This document shows positions 34,518 through 45,389 of a DNA stretch of 64,000 bases, piece by piece. Both the position numbers and the translations under genes were made by a program. Origin of the DNA: an uncultured Actinomycetota bacterium (GTDB lineage Bacteria > Actinomycetota > Actinomycetes > Mycobacteriales > Mycobacteriaceae); the NCBI GenBank assembly GCA_963804905.1, contig CAWDSB010000008.1:192053-256052 (forward strand), given 5' to 3'. Position 1 is the stretch's first letter. Every line of letters begins with the position of its first letter. Under the pieces are notes generated by a model. It did not search any database, was not told the origin of the DNA, and saw only the letters and a list, made by a program, of their open reading frames with translations.

Positions 34518-34762
34518 GATTGCTCCCTGCTGACCGACCAGTCCTCGATCACGATGTTCGCCAGTAGCGATTCGGCGATCTCGGCGACTGTCTCGTCGGC
34601 GATGCTGTCGTCGACCTCGAGCTCAAAACGCTTGCCCTGCCGGACATCTGATATGCCGTCGTAGCCGAGACGGCCAAGCGCGCCGACGATCGCCTGACCC
34701 TGCGGGTCGAGGATCTCGGCCTTCGGCATCACGTGCACCACCACCCTTGCCACGGCGATCAC
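34514..34762 (-). CDS. purS: Phosphoribosylformylglycinamidine synthase PurS subunit
   Basis: 82 aa. 4-nt overlap with purQ. Confidence 0.85.
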   Translation of the reverse strand: MIAVARVVVHVMPKAEILDPQGQAIVGALGRLGYDGISDVRQGKRFELEVDDSIADETVAEIAESLLANIVIEDWSVSREQS

Positions 34763-34789
34763 TCTACCGGCGGCCGTGGTCAGACCGTC

Positions 34790-35479
34790 TCACCGGCACG
34801 AATCGATATACGCCGTGCACAGTGGGGCCGTCATGGCGTCAAGGACCTGCGAGTCGGGCACCGCAGGCCAGTCGACCCGCGGCGGGGTGGTCGCCCACAT
34901 CGCCACCTCGACGAGGGTGCTGTTGTAGGGCTGGACCAGCAGGTATTCGTGTATCACCGGCTGGCCGGGAGGCGATCCGCTGATCACCGCGGCCATCCGG
35001 TCGGGCGCGTCGGTGGTGATCGATGGCGACGTCAGAGGAGAGGTCAACTGACAGCCGCGCAGCGCGCCAACCGCCTTGTCGAACACGGCCGATGCGAGCT
35101 GGCCGCCGCGCCACGTTTCCCCGCGCCAGTGGACGACCTGCACCTGGAGCTGCCACTGTCCTTCCGGCTGCGGGACGACGGCGCGCGCCGCGACCGCGAA
35201 CTGACGGGGATCGTCGGTACCGGGCGGGGTGCCGCAGGCCTCCTCGAACCGGAAGCGGGGGTTTGTCACGGTGACGGCGACTCCGGCCAGGCCGGCCCAG
35301 TGGTAGGTCGAGTACAACGGCAGCGCGGTCGGTTCGATCCATGCGGAGTCCGGGATGCGGTCACAATTCGGCGGGCAATCCATCGGGAGCGCATACGCAG
35401 GACCGACGGGGCTCGGCATTACGGCCATGCCACAGGCCGCCACCAGTGCCGCCAGCATCGTTCGCATCTCGTCCACCAC
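34790..35479 (-). CDS. Hypothetical secreted protein
   Basis: Signal peptide (MLAALVAACGMAVMPSPVGPAYA). No recognised domain. Confidence 0.4.
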   Translation of the reverse strand: MVDEMRTMLAALVAACGMAVMPSPVGPAYALPMDCPPNCDRIPDSAWIEPTALPLYSTYHWAGLAGVAVTVTNPRFRFEEACGTPPGTDDPRQFAVAARAVVPQPEGQWQLQVQVVHWRGETWRGGQLASAVFDKAVGALRGCQLTSPLTSPSITTDAPDRMAAVISGSPPGQPVIHEYLLVQPYNSTLVEVAMWATTPPRVDWPAVPDSQVLDAMTAPLCTAYIDSCR

Positions 35480-35499
35480 CCTGAGCGCACAATATAGGC

Positions 35500-36150
35500 A
35501 TGGAATTGACGCATTTCGGCCATTCGTGCCTACTCGCCGAGTTCAAAAATGATTCCGCGACGACAACGGTGCTCTTTGACCCCGGAAACTTCTCGCACGG
35601 CTTCGAGGGCATCACCGGCCTTTCGGCGATCCTGATCACGCATCAGCATCCCGACCACGCCGACACCGAGCGGCTTCCCGCGCTGGTAGCCGCCAACCCG
35701 CAGGCGGCGCTGTACGCCGACCCGCAAACCGCCGAACAACTGGGCGCGCCGTGGCAAGCCGTGCACGTCGGCGACGAATTCACGGTTGGCTCGTTGTCGG
35801 TGCGGGGCGTCGGCGGCAGGCACGCGGTCATCCATCCGGAGATCCCGGTGATCGACAACATTTCGTACCTCATCGGCGACGGCGATCACCCGGCCCGACT
35901 GATGCATCCCGGTGACGCGCTGTTCGCGCCGGGCGAACCGGTGGATGTGCTGGCCACTCCCGCGGCGGCGCCGTGGATGAAAATCTCTGAGGCCGTTGAC
36001 TATCTGCGTGCGGTGGCGCCGACGCGCGCGGTGCCGATCCACCAGGCGATCATCGACCCGAATGCACGCGGCATCTACTACGGGCGGCTCTCCGAGATGA
36101 CCGACGCCGACTTTCAGGTGCTCGAACCCGAAAACGGCACGGAGTTCTGA
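35500..36150 (+). CDS. MBL-fold metallo-hydrolase
   Basis: HQHPDH zinc-binding motif. 216 aa. Confidence 0.7.
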   Translation: MELTHFGHSCLLAEFKNDSATTTVLFDPGNFSHGFEGITGLSAILITHQHPDHADTERLPALVAANPQAALYADPQTAEQLGAPWQAVHVGDEFTVGSLSVRGVGGRHAVIHPEIPVIDNISYLIGDGDHPARLMHPGDALFAPGEPVDVLATPAAAPWMKISEAVDYLRAVAPTRAVPIHQAIIDPNARGIYYGRLSEMTDADFQVLEPENGTEF

Positions 36151-36171
36151 TTCGCGGCTCGGGGCGGCCTT

Positions 36172-37845
36172 CTAAGCGGTGTCCAGTGCGGCTGCCCGGC
36201 CTGCGGCGCGGCCGGAGAAGACGCAACCGCCGAGGAACGTGCCCTCCAGCGAGCGGTAGCCGTGCACGCCGCCGCCACCGAATCCGGCCGCCTCCCCCGC
36301 GGCGTAAAGGCCCGACAGCACGCTGCCGTCGCCTCGGAGCACCCGTGAGTCGAGATCGGTTTCCAAGCCGCCCAACGACTTCCGCGTCAGGATGTGCAGT
36401 TTGACGGCGATCAGCGGCCCGGCCTTCGGGTCGGTCAGCCGGTGCGGAGCGACGACGCGGGTAAACCGGTCGCCGAGGTAGCCGCGGGCCGCGCGGATCG
36501 CCATCACCTGGGTGTCCTTGGTGAACCGGTTGGCGACCTCCCGATCGCGGGAGGTGACTTCCTGCTCGACGGTGGCGTAGTCCAGGGGAATGACGTCGGG
36601 GACGTCGTTCATCGCGGACACCAAGTCCCGCAACGTGTCAGCGCTGGCGAAGTCGACACCCTTGTCGACGAAGGCCTGCACAGGCGCGGGCGCGCCCGGA
36701 CGCACCCGGGCCAGCACATCCCGGACGCTGCGCCCGGTGAGGTCGGGATTCTGCTCCTGCCCGGACAGCGCGAACTCCTTGGCGATGATGCGGGCGTTCA
36801 GCACGAACCAGGTGTAGTCCTGTCCGGTGCGCGCAATGTGTTCCAGCGTGCCGAGGGTGTCGAAGCCCGGATACAGCGGTGCGGGCAGTCGCTTCCCGCT
36901 GGCGTCCAGCCACAGCGACGACGGCGCAGGCAGGATGCGGATGCCGTGATCGGGCCAGATCGGATCGTAGTTAGTGATGCCCTCGGTGTAGTGCCACATC
37001 CGATCGCTGTTGATGACGTGCCCACCCGCCGACTCGCTGATGCCGATCATCCGGCCGTCGACGTGTGCGGGCACGCCGCTGAGCAGCTGCTCGGGCACTC
37101 TGCCCATCCGCTGCGGCCACTTCTGCCGCACCAATTCGTGGTTGCCGCCGATCCCGCCACTGGCCACGATCACCGCCTGCGCGCGGAACTCGAACTCGCC
37201 GATGACGTTTCGCGACGACGCCACCCCGCGCGCAGCATCGGTCGGCTCGAGCACCGCACCCCGCACGCCGACGACCGATCCGTCTTCGACGATCAGCTCG
37301 TCGACGCGGTGCCGATGTGCGAAGGCGACCCTGTCGGTGCCTTGCAGTCGGCGTGCGAACACCTCGACGATCGCGGGGCCGGTCCCCCAGGTGATATGGA
37401 AGCGCGGCACCGAGTTGCCATGTCCGCGTGCGTCATAGCCGCCCCGCTCGGCCCAGCCAACCAGCGGGAAGGTACGCAACCCGCGTTCCCGCAGCCAGCT
37501 GCGCTTCTCGCCCGCGGCGAAATCCACGTAGGCGTGGGCCCATTGCCGCGGCCAGTGATCCTCCGGCCGGTCGAATGCCGCGGTGCCCATCCAGTCCTGC
37601 AGCGCGAGTTCGTGACTGTCATGAATGCCCAGCCTGCGCTGTTCGGGACTGTTGACGAAGAACAGCCCGCCGAACGACCAGAACGCCTGCCCGCCGATGT
37701 TGGCGGCGTTCTCCTGGTCGACGATCAGGACGCGACGGCCGCGTTCGGCCAGCTCACACGCCGCGACCAGCCCCGCCAGACCAGCTCCGACCACGATGAC
37801 ATCGGCCTTTGATGTCGCCGCCTGAGCGGCTCCGGTGTCTCCCAT
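36172..37845 (-). CDS. FAD-dependent dehydrogenase (KstD/fumarate-reductase flavoprotein-like, Rv0785-like)
   Basis: N-terminal DVIVVGAGLAGLVAA FAD motif. 557 aa. Confidence 0.75.
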   Translation of the reverse strand: MGDTGAAQAATSKADVIVVGAGLAGLVAACELAERGRRVLIVDQENAANIGGQAFWSFGGLFFVNSPEQRRLGIHDSHELALQDWMGTAAFDRPEDHWPRQWAHAYVDFAAGEKRSWLRERGLRTFPLVGWAERGGYDARGHGNSVPRFHITWGTGPAIVEVFARRLQGTDRVAFAHRHRVDELIVEDGSVVGVRGAVLEPTDAARGVASSRNVIGEFEFRAQAVIVASGGIGGNHELVRQKWPQRMGRVPEQLLSGVPAHVDGRMIGISESAGGHVINSDRMWHYTEGITNYDPIWPDHGIRILPAPSSLWLDASGKRLPAPLYPGFDTLGTLEHIARTGQDYTWFVLNARIIAKEFALSGQEQNPDLTGRSVRDVLARVRPGAPAPVQAFVDKGVDFASADTLRDLVSAMNDVPDVIPLDYATVEQEVTSRDREVANRFTKDTQVMAIRAARGYLGDRFTRVVAPHRLTDPKAGPLIAVKLHILTRKSLGGLETDLDSRVLRGDGSVLSGLYAAGEAAGFGGGGVHGYRSLEGTFLGGCVFSGRAAGRAAALDTA

Positions 37846-37867
37846 GAGACGCCAATGTAGCGGTCGG

Positions 37868-38572
37868 TCAGGCGGCGTCGGTCAAGGCCGGATAGGGCCG
37901 CCACTCGTAGACCCCGGGCACGCACTGGTGCATCAACGCCAGGTCGATGCAGTCGAGCATTGCCTGGCGCGGCCCGGGCCTGTGCAGGTGGCGTGCTGCC
38001 ACCGCGACGCGCACGATGCCCGACCGGCGCGCGGTGCGGTCAGCGGACATCACCAGCGTGCGACACCACCACGGCTCCGACAGGAAGCCCTCGCCGATAC
38101 CGAGTACCCGCGCCCTCATCGTCGCTTTCCGCACCAGGTCGGTGATTCCGCTCAGTTCGGCCAGCAGTCGGAAGCCGTTGCGCGGCAACGCATTGATCGT
38201 TCCCTGTGACACCGTCCAGCCCGGCGCGGCGAACAGCCGAGTGCGCAAACCGAGATGCTCGAGCACCCGGTCGGCGCCCATCAGCCGAAGGTTGGCTTCA
38301 TGGGCGGGCAACGTCGCGAACTCGCCACGCCGTTTCTTGGTCGCGGCCTCGTCGAAGCCGTGAAGAACGATGGCGTCGCCGCGACTTCGCCGCGCGGCAA
38401 GCCATTCCACCGTCGACGGATCCCGGTCGAGTCGGTAACCGCCCTTCAGCCTCGGCGCGACGAGGAACGACGACGGCACCCCTCGCTCTTCCAGTTGCGC
38501 GCAAAACGCCTCGACGTCGGACAGCGTCTGCTCACTGATCCCGGAAATCGAGACGATCAGTTGTCCAGCCAC
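37868..38572 (-). CDS. DUF2334-like (polysaccharide deacetylase-fold) hypothetical protein
   Basis: Start set at the internal GTG (VAGQLIVSISG…). The upstream 69 codons of the track ORF are Arg/Ser/Cys-rich and look non-coding. Confidence 0.4.
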   Translation of the reverse strand: MAGQLIVSISGISEQTLSDVEAFCAQLEERGVPSSFLVAPRLKGGYRLDRDPSTVEWLAARRSRGDAIVLHGFDEAATKKRRGEFATLPAHEANLRLMGADRVLEHLGLRTRLFAAPGWTVSQGTINALPRNGFRLLAELSGITDLVRKATMRARVLGIGEGFLSEPWWCRTLVMSADRTARRSGIVRVAVAARHLHRPGPRQAMLDCIDLALMHQCVPGVYEWRPYPALTDAA

Positions 38573-38639
38573 ACTCGTATTGTCGCAACACCAGGTGTCG
38601 CAACGGTTTCCGACACCCTTCCAGAAGTTGTCTATTCGG

Positions 38640-39137
38640 CTATCGCGGCAGAACCGCCTCGATGGCCTCGATGACCTCAGGCGCGTCCGGTTCTGTGCGC
38701 GGCCGGAACCGCCTGACCACCTCGCCACCCGGCGCGAGCAGGAACTTTTCGAAGTTCCACTGCACGTCACCGGCCTCACCGACAGCGTCGACCGTCTTCG
38801 TCAGCTCGGCGAACAGCGGGTGACGCTCCGGCCCGTTCACATCGGTCTTGGCCAGTAGCGGAAAGGTGACACCGTAGGTGGAGGAGCAGAACGTCTGGAT
38901 CTCCTCGGCGCTGCCGGGCTCCTGTCCCATGAACTGATTGCACGGCACCCCGATCACCGTCAGCCCCCGAGCGCCGTATTCCTTGGCGAGCTTCTCCAGG
39001 GCGCTGTATTGCGGCGTAAGACCGCATTTCGAGGCGACGTTGACGACCAGCACTGCGCCGTCGGTGAGTTCGGCGAGCGACGTCGGCTTGCCGTCGAGAG
39101 TGGTGAGGGCGATGTCGGTGAGCGGCGTGTCCGTCAT
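38640..39137 (-). CDS. gpx: Glutathione peroxidase
   Basis: Start at MTDTPLTDI. Catalytic VNVASKCGLT motif and WNFEKF motif. Confidence 0.85.
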   Translation of the reverse strand: MTDTPLTDIALTTLDGKPTSLAELTDGAVLVVNVASKCGLTPQYSALEKLAKEYGARGLTVIGVPCNQFMGQEPGSAEEIQTFCSSTYGVTFPLLAKTDVNGPERHPLFAELTKTVDAVGEAGDVQWNFEKFLLAPGGEVVRRFRPRTEPDAPEVIEAIEAVLPR

Positions 39138-39224
39138 GTCCCGCACACTACCGGTAGCCTGGCTAAGCGGTTCTCCGCGCGGACAATCCCAAGCCGCGCG
39201 CAAGGCGGTGCCCGCGATGGCTGG

Positions 39225-39782
39225 CTAGGTTCCGAAGAGCATTCCCGCTACCCGATGGACGGTCGCGATCGGATCGGGTTCGTTGTCGATGGCCTTGTTG
39301 AGCCACAGCATTGAAAAGCCGTGCACCAGAGACCATGCCGCGAGTGCGGCCGCCTGAGGGTCGTCCTTGGCTCGTGGATCGTCGAGGCTGCCGACACCCG
39401 CGGCCAGCTCCGCGCCCGCGGCCGTTTCGGCGGCGACGAGATCGGGGTCGGTGGCGTCGTAGAGCGACTTGTCGAACATCACCTCGTAGTGACCGGGGTG
39501 ATCGATCGCGAAGCGCACATAGGCCAGCGCGGCTTCGAGGAAGTCGGGCCGCGCGCCGGCGAGCGCGTCGGCCAGCATGCCGAATCCCTCGGTCGCCAGC
39601 GCGGTGAACAGGCCGCGGCGGTCGGTGAAGTGATGGGCCGGCGCCGCGTGAGAGACACCCGCCGCGCGCGCCAGCTCCCGTAGCGAAAGGCCGTCGGCGC
39701 CGCGCTCGCTGACCAGGGCGGCCGCCTCGGCCAGGATGGTGGCCTTCAGATCGCCGTGGTGGTAGGTGTCCCTGCTGCTCAT
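39225..39782 (-). CDS. TetR-family transcriptional regulator
   Basis: N-terminal HTH (GADGLSLRELARAAGVSHAAPAHHF). Confidence 0.8.
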   Translation of the reverse strand: MSSRDTYHHGDLKATILAEAAALVSERGADGLSLRELARAAGVSHAAPAHHFTDRRGLFTALATEGFGMLADALAGARPDFLEAALAYVRFAIDHPGHYEVMFDKSLYDATDPDLVAAETAAGAELAAGVGSLDDPRAKDDPQAAALAAWSLVHGFSMLWLNKAIDNEPDPIATVHRVAGMLFGT

Positions 39783-39842
39783 GAGGCCATCATAGCGTGG
39801 AATCTTGACAGTGCCTAGATTGTTGCCTAGCGTGCGTGTATC

Positions 39843-40319
39843 TTGTCACTGTCTAGATTGGAGTTCGAAATGGCCGTCATCGTCACACTCGTCCTGGGCA
39901 CGCTCGGAGCGCGCCTGGCCGGCTGGCTGGGCGTCGATTACGTCGACGGCTGGCCCGCAGCGATCGCCGTCGGACTGGCCGCGATGTTCGTGGTGACCGG
40001 CGTCGCGCACTTCGTCAATCCTCTGCGCCGGGACATGATCGCGATCGTGCCGCCCCGACTCCCCGCGCCCGCCCTGCTGGTCACCATCACCGGCGTGCTT
40101 GAACTGCTCGGCGCCGTCGGGTTGCTCTATCCGCCCACCCGGGTGGCGGCTGCCGTGTGCCTGTTCGTGCTGATGCTGGTGATGTTCCCGGCCAACGTCT
40201 ACGCGTCGCGGATGCCGAACCCGCCGAAGTCGATGAACACCCGGCTGCCGCTACGGACGGTCGAGCAGATCGTCTTCGTAGGCGCCGCCCTCGTGGTTGG
40301 CCTTGGCGGCATCCAGTAG
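39843..40319 (+). CDS. DoxX-family membrane protein
   Basis: Four TM helices. Divergent from a TetR, a common pairing. Confidence 0.55.
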   Translation: MSLSRLEFEMAVIVTLVLGTLGARLAGWLGVDYVDGWPAAIAVGLAAMFVVTGVAHFVNPLRRDMIAIVPPRLPAPALLVTITGVLELLGAVGLLYPPTRVAAAVCLFVLMLVMFPANVYASRMPNPPKSMNTRLPLRTVEQIVFVGAALVVGLGGIQ

Positions 40320-42396
40320 CCACGCGTATTGGAAGGCCGCCTCTTTCCAGCGCTCGTATCGACCGCTGATGCCACCATGGCCGGCGCTCATCTCGGTCTT
40401 CAACAGCACCGGATGGGCGTCGGCCTTGGTGTGCCGAAGCGCTGCAACCCATTTCGCGGGTTCGACGTAAAGCACGCGGGTGTCGTTGAGCGACGTCATC
40501 GCCAGGATCGGCGGGTATTCCTTGGCTGTGACGTTCTCGTACGGCGAGTAGGCCTTCATGTACTGATAGACGTCTGCGTCCGCCAATGGGTTTCCCCACT
40601 CGTCCCATTCGGTGACGGTGAGAGGAAGCGACGGGTCGAGGATCGTCGTGAGCGGGTCGACGAACGGCACCTGGGCCAGGAATCCGGCGAACAACTGCGG
40701 CGCCATGTTGGCCACCGCACCGATCAACAGGCCGCCCGCACTGCCGCCGAGTGCAACGAGATTCTCAGGGCGTGTCACATCGGTCTCCACGAGATGCCTT
40801 GCGACAGCGATGAAGTCGGTGAACGTGTTCATCTTCTCGAGCATCTTGCCGTGCTCGTACCACGGCCGGCCCAGCTCGCCGCCGCCACGCACGTGCGCGA
40901 TGACGAACACCATTCCACGGTCAAGCAGTGACAAGCGTGCGATCGAGAACCGCGGGTCCTCGCACGATTCGTAGGCTCCGTAGCCGTAGAGCATCGTCGG
41001 CGCCGGGAACTGGAGCCCGGCGCGGTGGATGATCGACACCGGCACACGAGCGCCGTCGTAGGCCAGCGCCCAGTCGCGCCGTTCGACGTAGTCCTCGGGT
41101 CGGTAGTCGCCGAGCACCGGCTGCTCGCGCAGCAGCGTCCGCTCGCCGGTGGCGAGATCGACGTCGTAAATGCGCACCGGTGTGACGAACGACGTGGAAC
41201 CGATCCGCAACTTGGGCGCGTCCCAGTTCGGGTTCCCGCTGAGGCCCGCCGACGTCAGCTCGGATTCGAACGTGAACTCCTCCGGGACGGCCGTAGTCGC
41301 CGTCGGCGTAGAGCGGCCAGAGCTGGATCCGCGGCAGCGCCTCGCGACGGTAGCTGACCACCAGGTGTCCGACGAACGCGTCGACGGCGTCGAGGCGGAC
41401 ATCGTCGCGGTGCTCGATGAGCGTGCGGGTGGCCGTGGGGTCGCTCACTGGCGCCTCGACGAGGGTGAAGTTCTCCGCGCCGTCGTTGTGCAGGATGAGA
41501 AAGCGGTCTTCGCCGCCGACGACGGCATGTTCTACGGAGTACTCGACGAGCTCGCGGCGCGGCCACACGGGAACGAACTCGGCGTCCGCGTCGGTGGCGT
41601 CGCCATACCGGATCTCCGATGTCACGGAACTGCCTGCGGCGATGATCACGTACTTGTCGCTGCGGGTGCGGCCGACGGCGAGCCAGAACCGCTCGTCGGG
41701 TTCGTGATAGGTCTTCTCGGCCGGCAGACCCGAACCGATGCGATGCCGCCATACGGTGTCCGGCCGCCACGCCTCGTCGACGGTTGTGTAGTAGATGGTG
41801 CGGTTGTCGGCGGCCCATGTCGCGCCTGCGCCGATGCCGACGATCTCGTCGTCGTAGAGCTGGTTGGTTCGCAAGTCCTTGAACCGTAACGTGTATCGCT
41901 CGTCACCGAGGACGTCGACCGAATAGGCCAGCGTGTGGGCATCGACGCTGACAGTGGCGGCGCCGAGCGCGAAGTAGCTGTGGCCCTGGGCCTCCACGTT
42001 CTCATCGAGCAACACCTGTTCGCCGGGGACTTGGGTGTCCTCGTCGAACTTCGGCGGCGTCCAGTCGTCAGGATGGCTGATCGGGCAACGGCAGTGCACG
42101 CTGTACTGCTTGCCCTCGAAGCTGCGGCTGTAGTACCACCAGTCATCTCGGCGGGTGGGCACCGAAAGGTCGGTCTCCTTGGTGCGGGCCTTGATTTCGT
42201 CGAAGATCTTCTGCCGCAGCGGCGCAAGGTGATCGGTGACCTGCTGCGTGTAGGAGTTCTCGGCCTCCAGGTGTGCGATCACCGCGGGGTCGGACTTATC
42301 GCGCATCCACTCGTACGGGTCGGCGAAGACGTCGCCGTGATACTCGCGGCGGTGCTCGACCCGTTTCGGGCTGGGCGGTATGAGTGATTCGGTCAC
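40251..42396 (-). pseudogene. ptrB: Oligopeptidase B / protease II (S9A prolyl oligopeptidase family), split by one frameshift
   Basis: Beta-propeller N-terminus in ORF 40921..42396 (real to about …LYADGDYGRP). Catalytic domain with GGSAGG in ORF 40251..41402 from …EEFTFESELTS. Extra C in a CCC run near 41290. Confidence 0.7.
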
Positions 42397-43286
42397 GCGG
42401 CGGGGCCGATCCAGTCCGCGAACCGCTTGCCCGAAATGCGTTCGTAGGCATTGATATAGCGCTCTCGGGTGGCATCCACGATGGTGGGCGGCAGCGGGGG
42501 CGGCCGCTTGTCGCCGTCGCGGTCCCAGCCGGATTCCGGACTTGTCAGCCAGTTGCGGACGAACTGTTTGTCGAAGCTTGGCTGGACGACACCCTCCCGA
42601 TAAGTGTCGACGGCCCAGTACCGCGACGAGTCGGGAGTGAAGATCTCGTCGGCCAGCACCAGGTCGCCGTTCTCGTCGACGCCGAACTCGAACTTGGTGT
42701 CGGCGATGATGATTCCCTTCGTCAAGGCGTGCTCGGCGGCGCGGTCATAGGTCTGCAGGGTGAGATCGCGTAGCTGGTTGGCGCGGTCGGCGCCGACCAT
42801 GTCGATCACATCGGCGAACGAGATGTTCTCGTCGTGCTGGCCAAGCTCGGCCTTGGTGGCCGGCGTGAACAGCGGGGTGTCGAACTTGCTGGCCTCAGTG
42901 AGACCGGACGGCAGGGCGATACCGCTGACCTGCCCCGTCTTCTGGTAGTCCAGCAACCCGGAACCGGTCAGGTAGCCGCGGGCGACGCACTCGACCGGAA
43001 TCATGTCGAGCTTGCGCACCACCAGTGCGCGGCCCAGCACGTCCTCGGGGATGCGCGGGTCGTCCGGTGGACCCGCGAGGTGGTTGGGCGCCTGCACGTA
43101 GTCGAAGAAGAACACGCTCATCGCGGTCAGGATGCGCCCCTTGTCGGGTATTTGGTTGTCCAGGATGAAGTCGAAAGCCGAGATGCGATCGCTGGCGACG
43201 AACAGCAGGTGGTCCTCGTCGATGCAATAGAGCTCGCGAACTTTGCCACTGGCCAGATGCTGATAGTCGGACAGAGCGGGGCGCAT
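42393..43286 (-). CDS. purC: SAICAR synthetase
   Basis: 297 aa. PurC motifs ([15 protein letters not shown]). Confidence 0.9.
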   Translation of the reverse strand: MRPALSDYQHLASGKVRELYCIDEDHLLFVASDRISAFDFILDNQIPDKGRILTAMSVFFFDYVQAPNHLAGPPDDPRIPEDVLGRALVVRKLDMIPVECVARGYLTGSGLLDYQKTGQVSGIALPSGLTEASKFDTPLFTPATKAELGQHDENISFADVIDMVGADRANQLRDLTLQTYDRAAEHALTKGIIIADTKFEFGVDENGDLVLADEIFTPDSSRYWAVDTYREGVVQPSFDKQFVRNWLTSPESGWDRDGDKRPPPLPPTIVDATRERYINAYERISGKRFADWIGPAA

Positions 43287-43326
43287 CGGGTCAGCCTAAC
43301 GGTCAATCTGTGCTGGGATCGACGGC

Positions 43327-43947
43327 ATGAGATCGAGGTTTGTGCCCTACGCCACCACGCCCGCGCGGCTCCTCACGCAGTTGATCAGCGACTTCGTCGT
43401 CGCAGTCTGGACCGCTATCTGGGTCCTGGTCGGAATGGCCGTGCACTCGGCCATCGCCAGCATCGCCGACTTCGGCAGAGATGTCGAGAGCGGCTCCAAT
43501 GGGATCGCGGGCAACCTCGATCACGCAGGCGAGAACGCCGACAAAATCCCACTGATCGGGGACGCGCTCAGCAAGCCGCTGGCAGCGGCGGGAGGTTTCG
43601 CGCGCGACCTCGCCGGAGCGGGCTCACAATTGAACTCGACGGCGACCTGGCTGGCGTGGCTGCTGGCGCTGGCGGTGGCCGCGCCGCCGATCATGGCGAT
43701 CGCTGGGCCGTGGCTAGTGCTGCGGCTGCGGTTCTTCCGGCGCAAGTGGGTGGCGTTGACGCTGGCCGCGACGCCTGCGGGCGAGCAGCTGCTCGCGCTG
43801 CGGGCGTTGGCCAACCGCCCGCTGGCCAAGCTTGCGGCGATCAACCCGGATCCAGTAGGCGCCTGGCGCATCCAGGACGCGGGCGCGATAAGCGGCCTGG
43901 CCGCACTCGAACTGCGGGCCGCCGGCGTCGCCCGCCATCGCACCTAG
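43327..43947 (+). CDS. Conserved membrane protein (Rv0779c-like)
   Basis: 206 aa, at least three TM helices. Confidence 0.45.
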   Translation: MRSRFVPYATTPARLLTQLISDFVVAVWTAIWVLVGMAVHSAIASIADFGRDVESGSNGIAGNLDHAGENADKIPLIGDALSKPLAAAGGFARDLAGAGSQLNSTATWLAWLLALAVAAPPIMAIAGPWLVLRLRFFRRKWVALTLAATPAGEQLLALRALANRPLAKLAAINPDPVGAWRIQDAGAISGLAALELRAAGVARHRT

Positions 43948-43951
43948 CGAT

Positions 43952-44491
43952 TTGTGTGCGTTTAGGAGCGCTCAGCGCTCTGTTCTGTTTCGGGACATCG
44001 CTGACGGTGATCGAGGCTGCTGTGCGACGGAGCGGCGGTTCACAGTTGATGGACTCTGCGCTGCAGCATCGGATCGAGTTGCGCGGCCATGGCACGCGCA
44101 CCTCCGCAGTACGGGCCGATGGGGCTCACCCGCAGCGCGCCTCCTACTGCAGGCTGCTTCAGACGGCGCGCGGTCAGAGGAGCGACTGCTTATCCGGCTG
44201 CTGAAGGCCGCGCGCATCACGGGCTGGCGTGCGAATTTCCCGCTGACCGGTTAACGGATCGACGTGGCGTTCCCGAAGCAGAAAATAGCGATCGAGGTCG
44301 ACGGCTGGGCCTTCCACTGGGGGCACCCTCCGCTTGCGGGGGACGATCAGGAGAACTTCCAGAATGACCGTGAGCGGCAGAACAACATCGCGCTGAATGG
44401 CTGGCAAGTGCTGCGCTTCACCTGGCTGGACCTGACGGAGCATCCACAGCGTGTGATCGCCGAGATCAAGTTCGCGATCGGCTCGCGATGA
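43952..44491 (+). pseudogene. DUF559-family protein remnant (N-terminally truncated, at least two frameshifts)
   Basis: Pieces …QLMDSALQHRIELRG… in frame of ORF 42834..44204, …EERLLIRLLKAARITGWRANFPLTG in 43952..44254, and FPKQKIAIEVDGWAFHW…NGWQVLRFTW in 44264..44491. Confidence 0.5.
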
Positions 44492-45389
44492 GCCGCAACA
44501 GGCCGGCGACGGTGACGATGGCCCATGTGGTGAACGCGATCCAGAAGAACACCAGCGAGATCGTCGCCAGCGACCGCCAGCCCGTTTCGATCGACATCGC
44601 GTACGTCGCCGACGAGTACATCCCCAGCGGGAACACCGCCGCCCACCACACGCCCGCGAAGGTCAGCGCTCCAGGCTGCCCGTTGATTCGCCGCAATCCG
44701 ACATAGATCAGCGGCGGGATCCACAGCGTCGCCACGATCCAGGTAGCGATCGTCACATCACGGACAGCGTCGACGCCGGCGCGGTGAATGTGGTCGCCGG
44801 CCAGCGTCGCGATCGCCACGCCACCCATCAGAATCCAGTTGTCCGGCTCGAAACCCTCTGGCGCCGACGGATCGTGCACGGCCCGCCACAGAATCAGCGA
44901 CGACATCAGACCATAGACACAGATCGCCAGCACCCAGAACCCCACCGCGACGGGCAACAGCCCGAGGTCGGCTGAGACGATTGCCAATCCGGACGTCGCA
45001 ACGCTCGCCAGCTCCCAGGCACCGTGTGCGCGATCGCGCAGCCCCGTCCACCGATGACACCACATCCGGTGAGCCACCAATGGCGACAGCAGCAACCACG
45101 CCGCGAGCGCCGTCGCGCCGAGCACCCACAGCAGCGGCCGGTGACCGGCCAGCCGCGCTCCCAGCACCGCGCACGCCGCGACAAACGTGAACAGCCGAAT
45201 CGGGACATCCGGGTTGGAAAAGTCCAATGGTGCACGGCGCCAGGCGAACACGGCCACCACAACCAGTACCGCCAGGCCTGCGGCCGCCAGCACGACCAGG
45301 ATGTCGCTGATGACGTGATAGCCGTGGTCGGCTGCGGCGATCGACACGATGCCGGTCGCCATCACCGCAGCGAATGCGTCAGGCTTCAC
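44466..45389 (-). CDS. TDT (TehA/Mae1) family transporter
   Basis: 307 aa, ten predicted TM helices. Confidence 0.65.
   Translation of the reverse strand: MKPDAFAAVMATGIVSIAAADHGYHVISDILVVLAAAGLAVLVVVAVFAWRRAPLDFSNPDVPIRLFTFVAACAVLGARLAGHRPLLWVLGATALAAWLLLSPLVAHRMWCHRWTGLRDRAHGAWELASVATSGLAIVSADLGLLPVAVGFWVLAICVYGLMSSLILWRAVHDPSAPEGFEPDNWILMGGVAIATLAGDHIHRAGVDAVRDVTIATWIVATLWIPPLIYVGLRRINGQPGALTFAGVWWAAVFPLGMYSSATYAMSIETGWRSLATISLVFFWIAFTTWAIVTVAGLLRLIASRSRT

Noticed and set aside
36394-37812. 472-aa plus-strand ORF
   Set aside because: Antisense shadow of the FAD-dependent dehydrogenase gene (36172..37845, minus). Arg/Gly/Pro-rich composition.
42834-44204. 456-aa plus-strand ORF
   Set aside because: The 5' two-thirds is antisense to purC and Arg/Gly-rich. 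Only its last roughly 50 codons carry real signal, as part of the DUF559 remnant.
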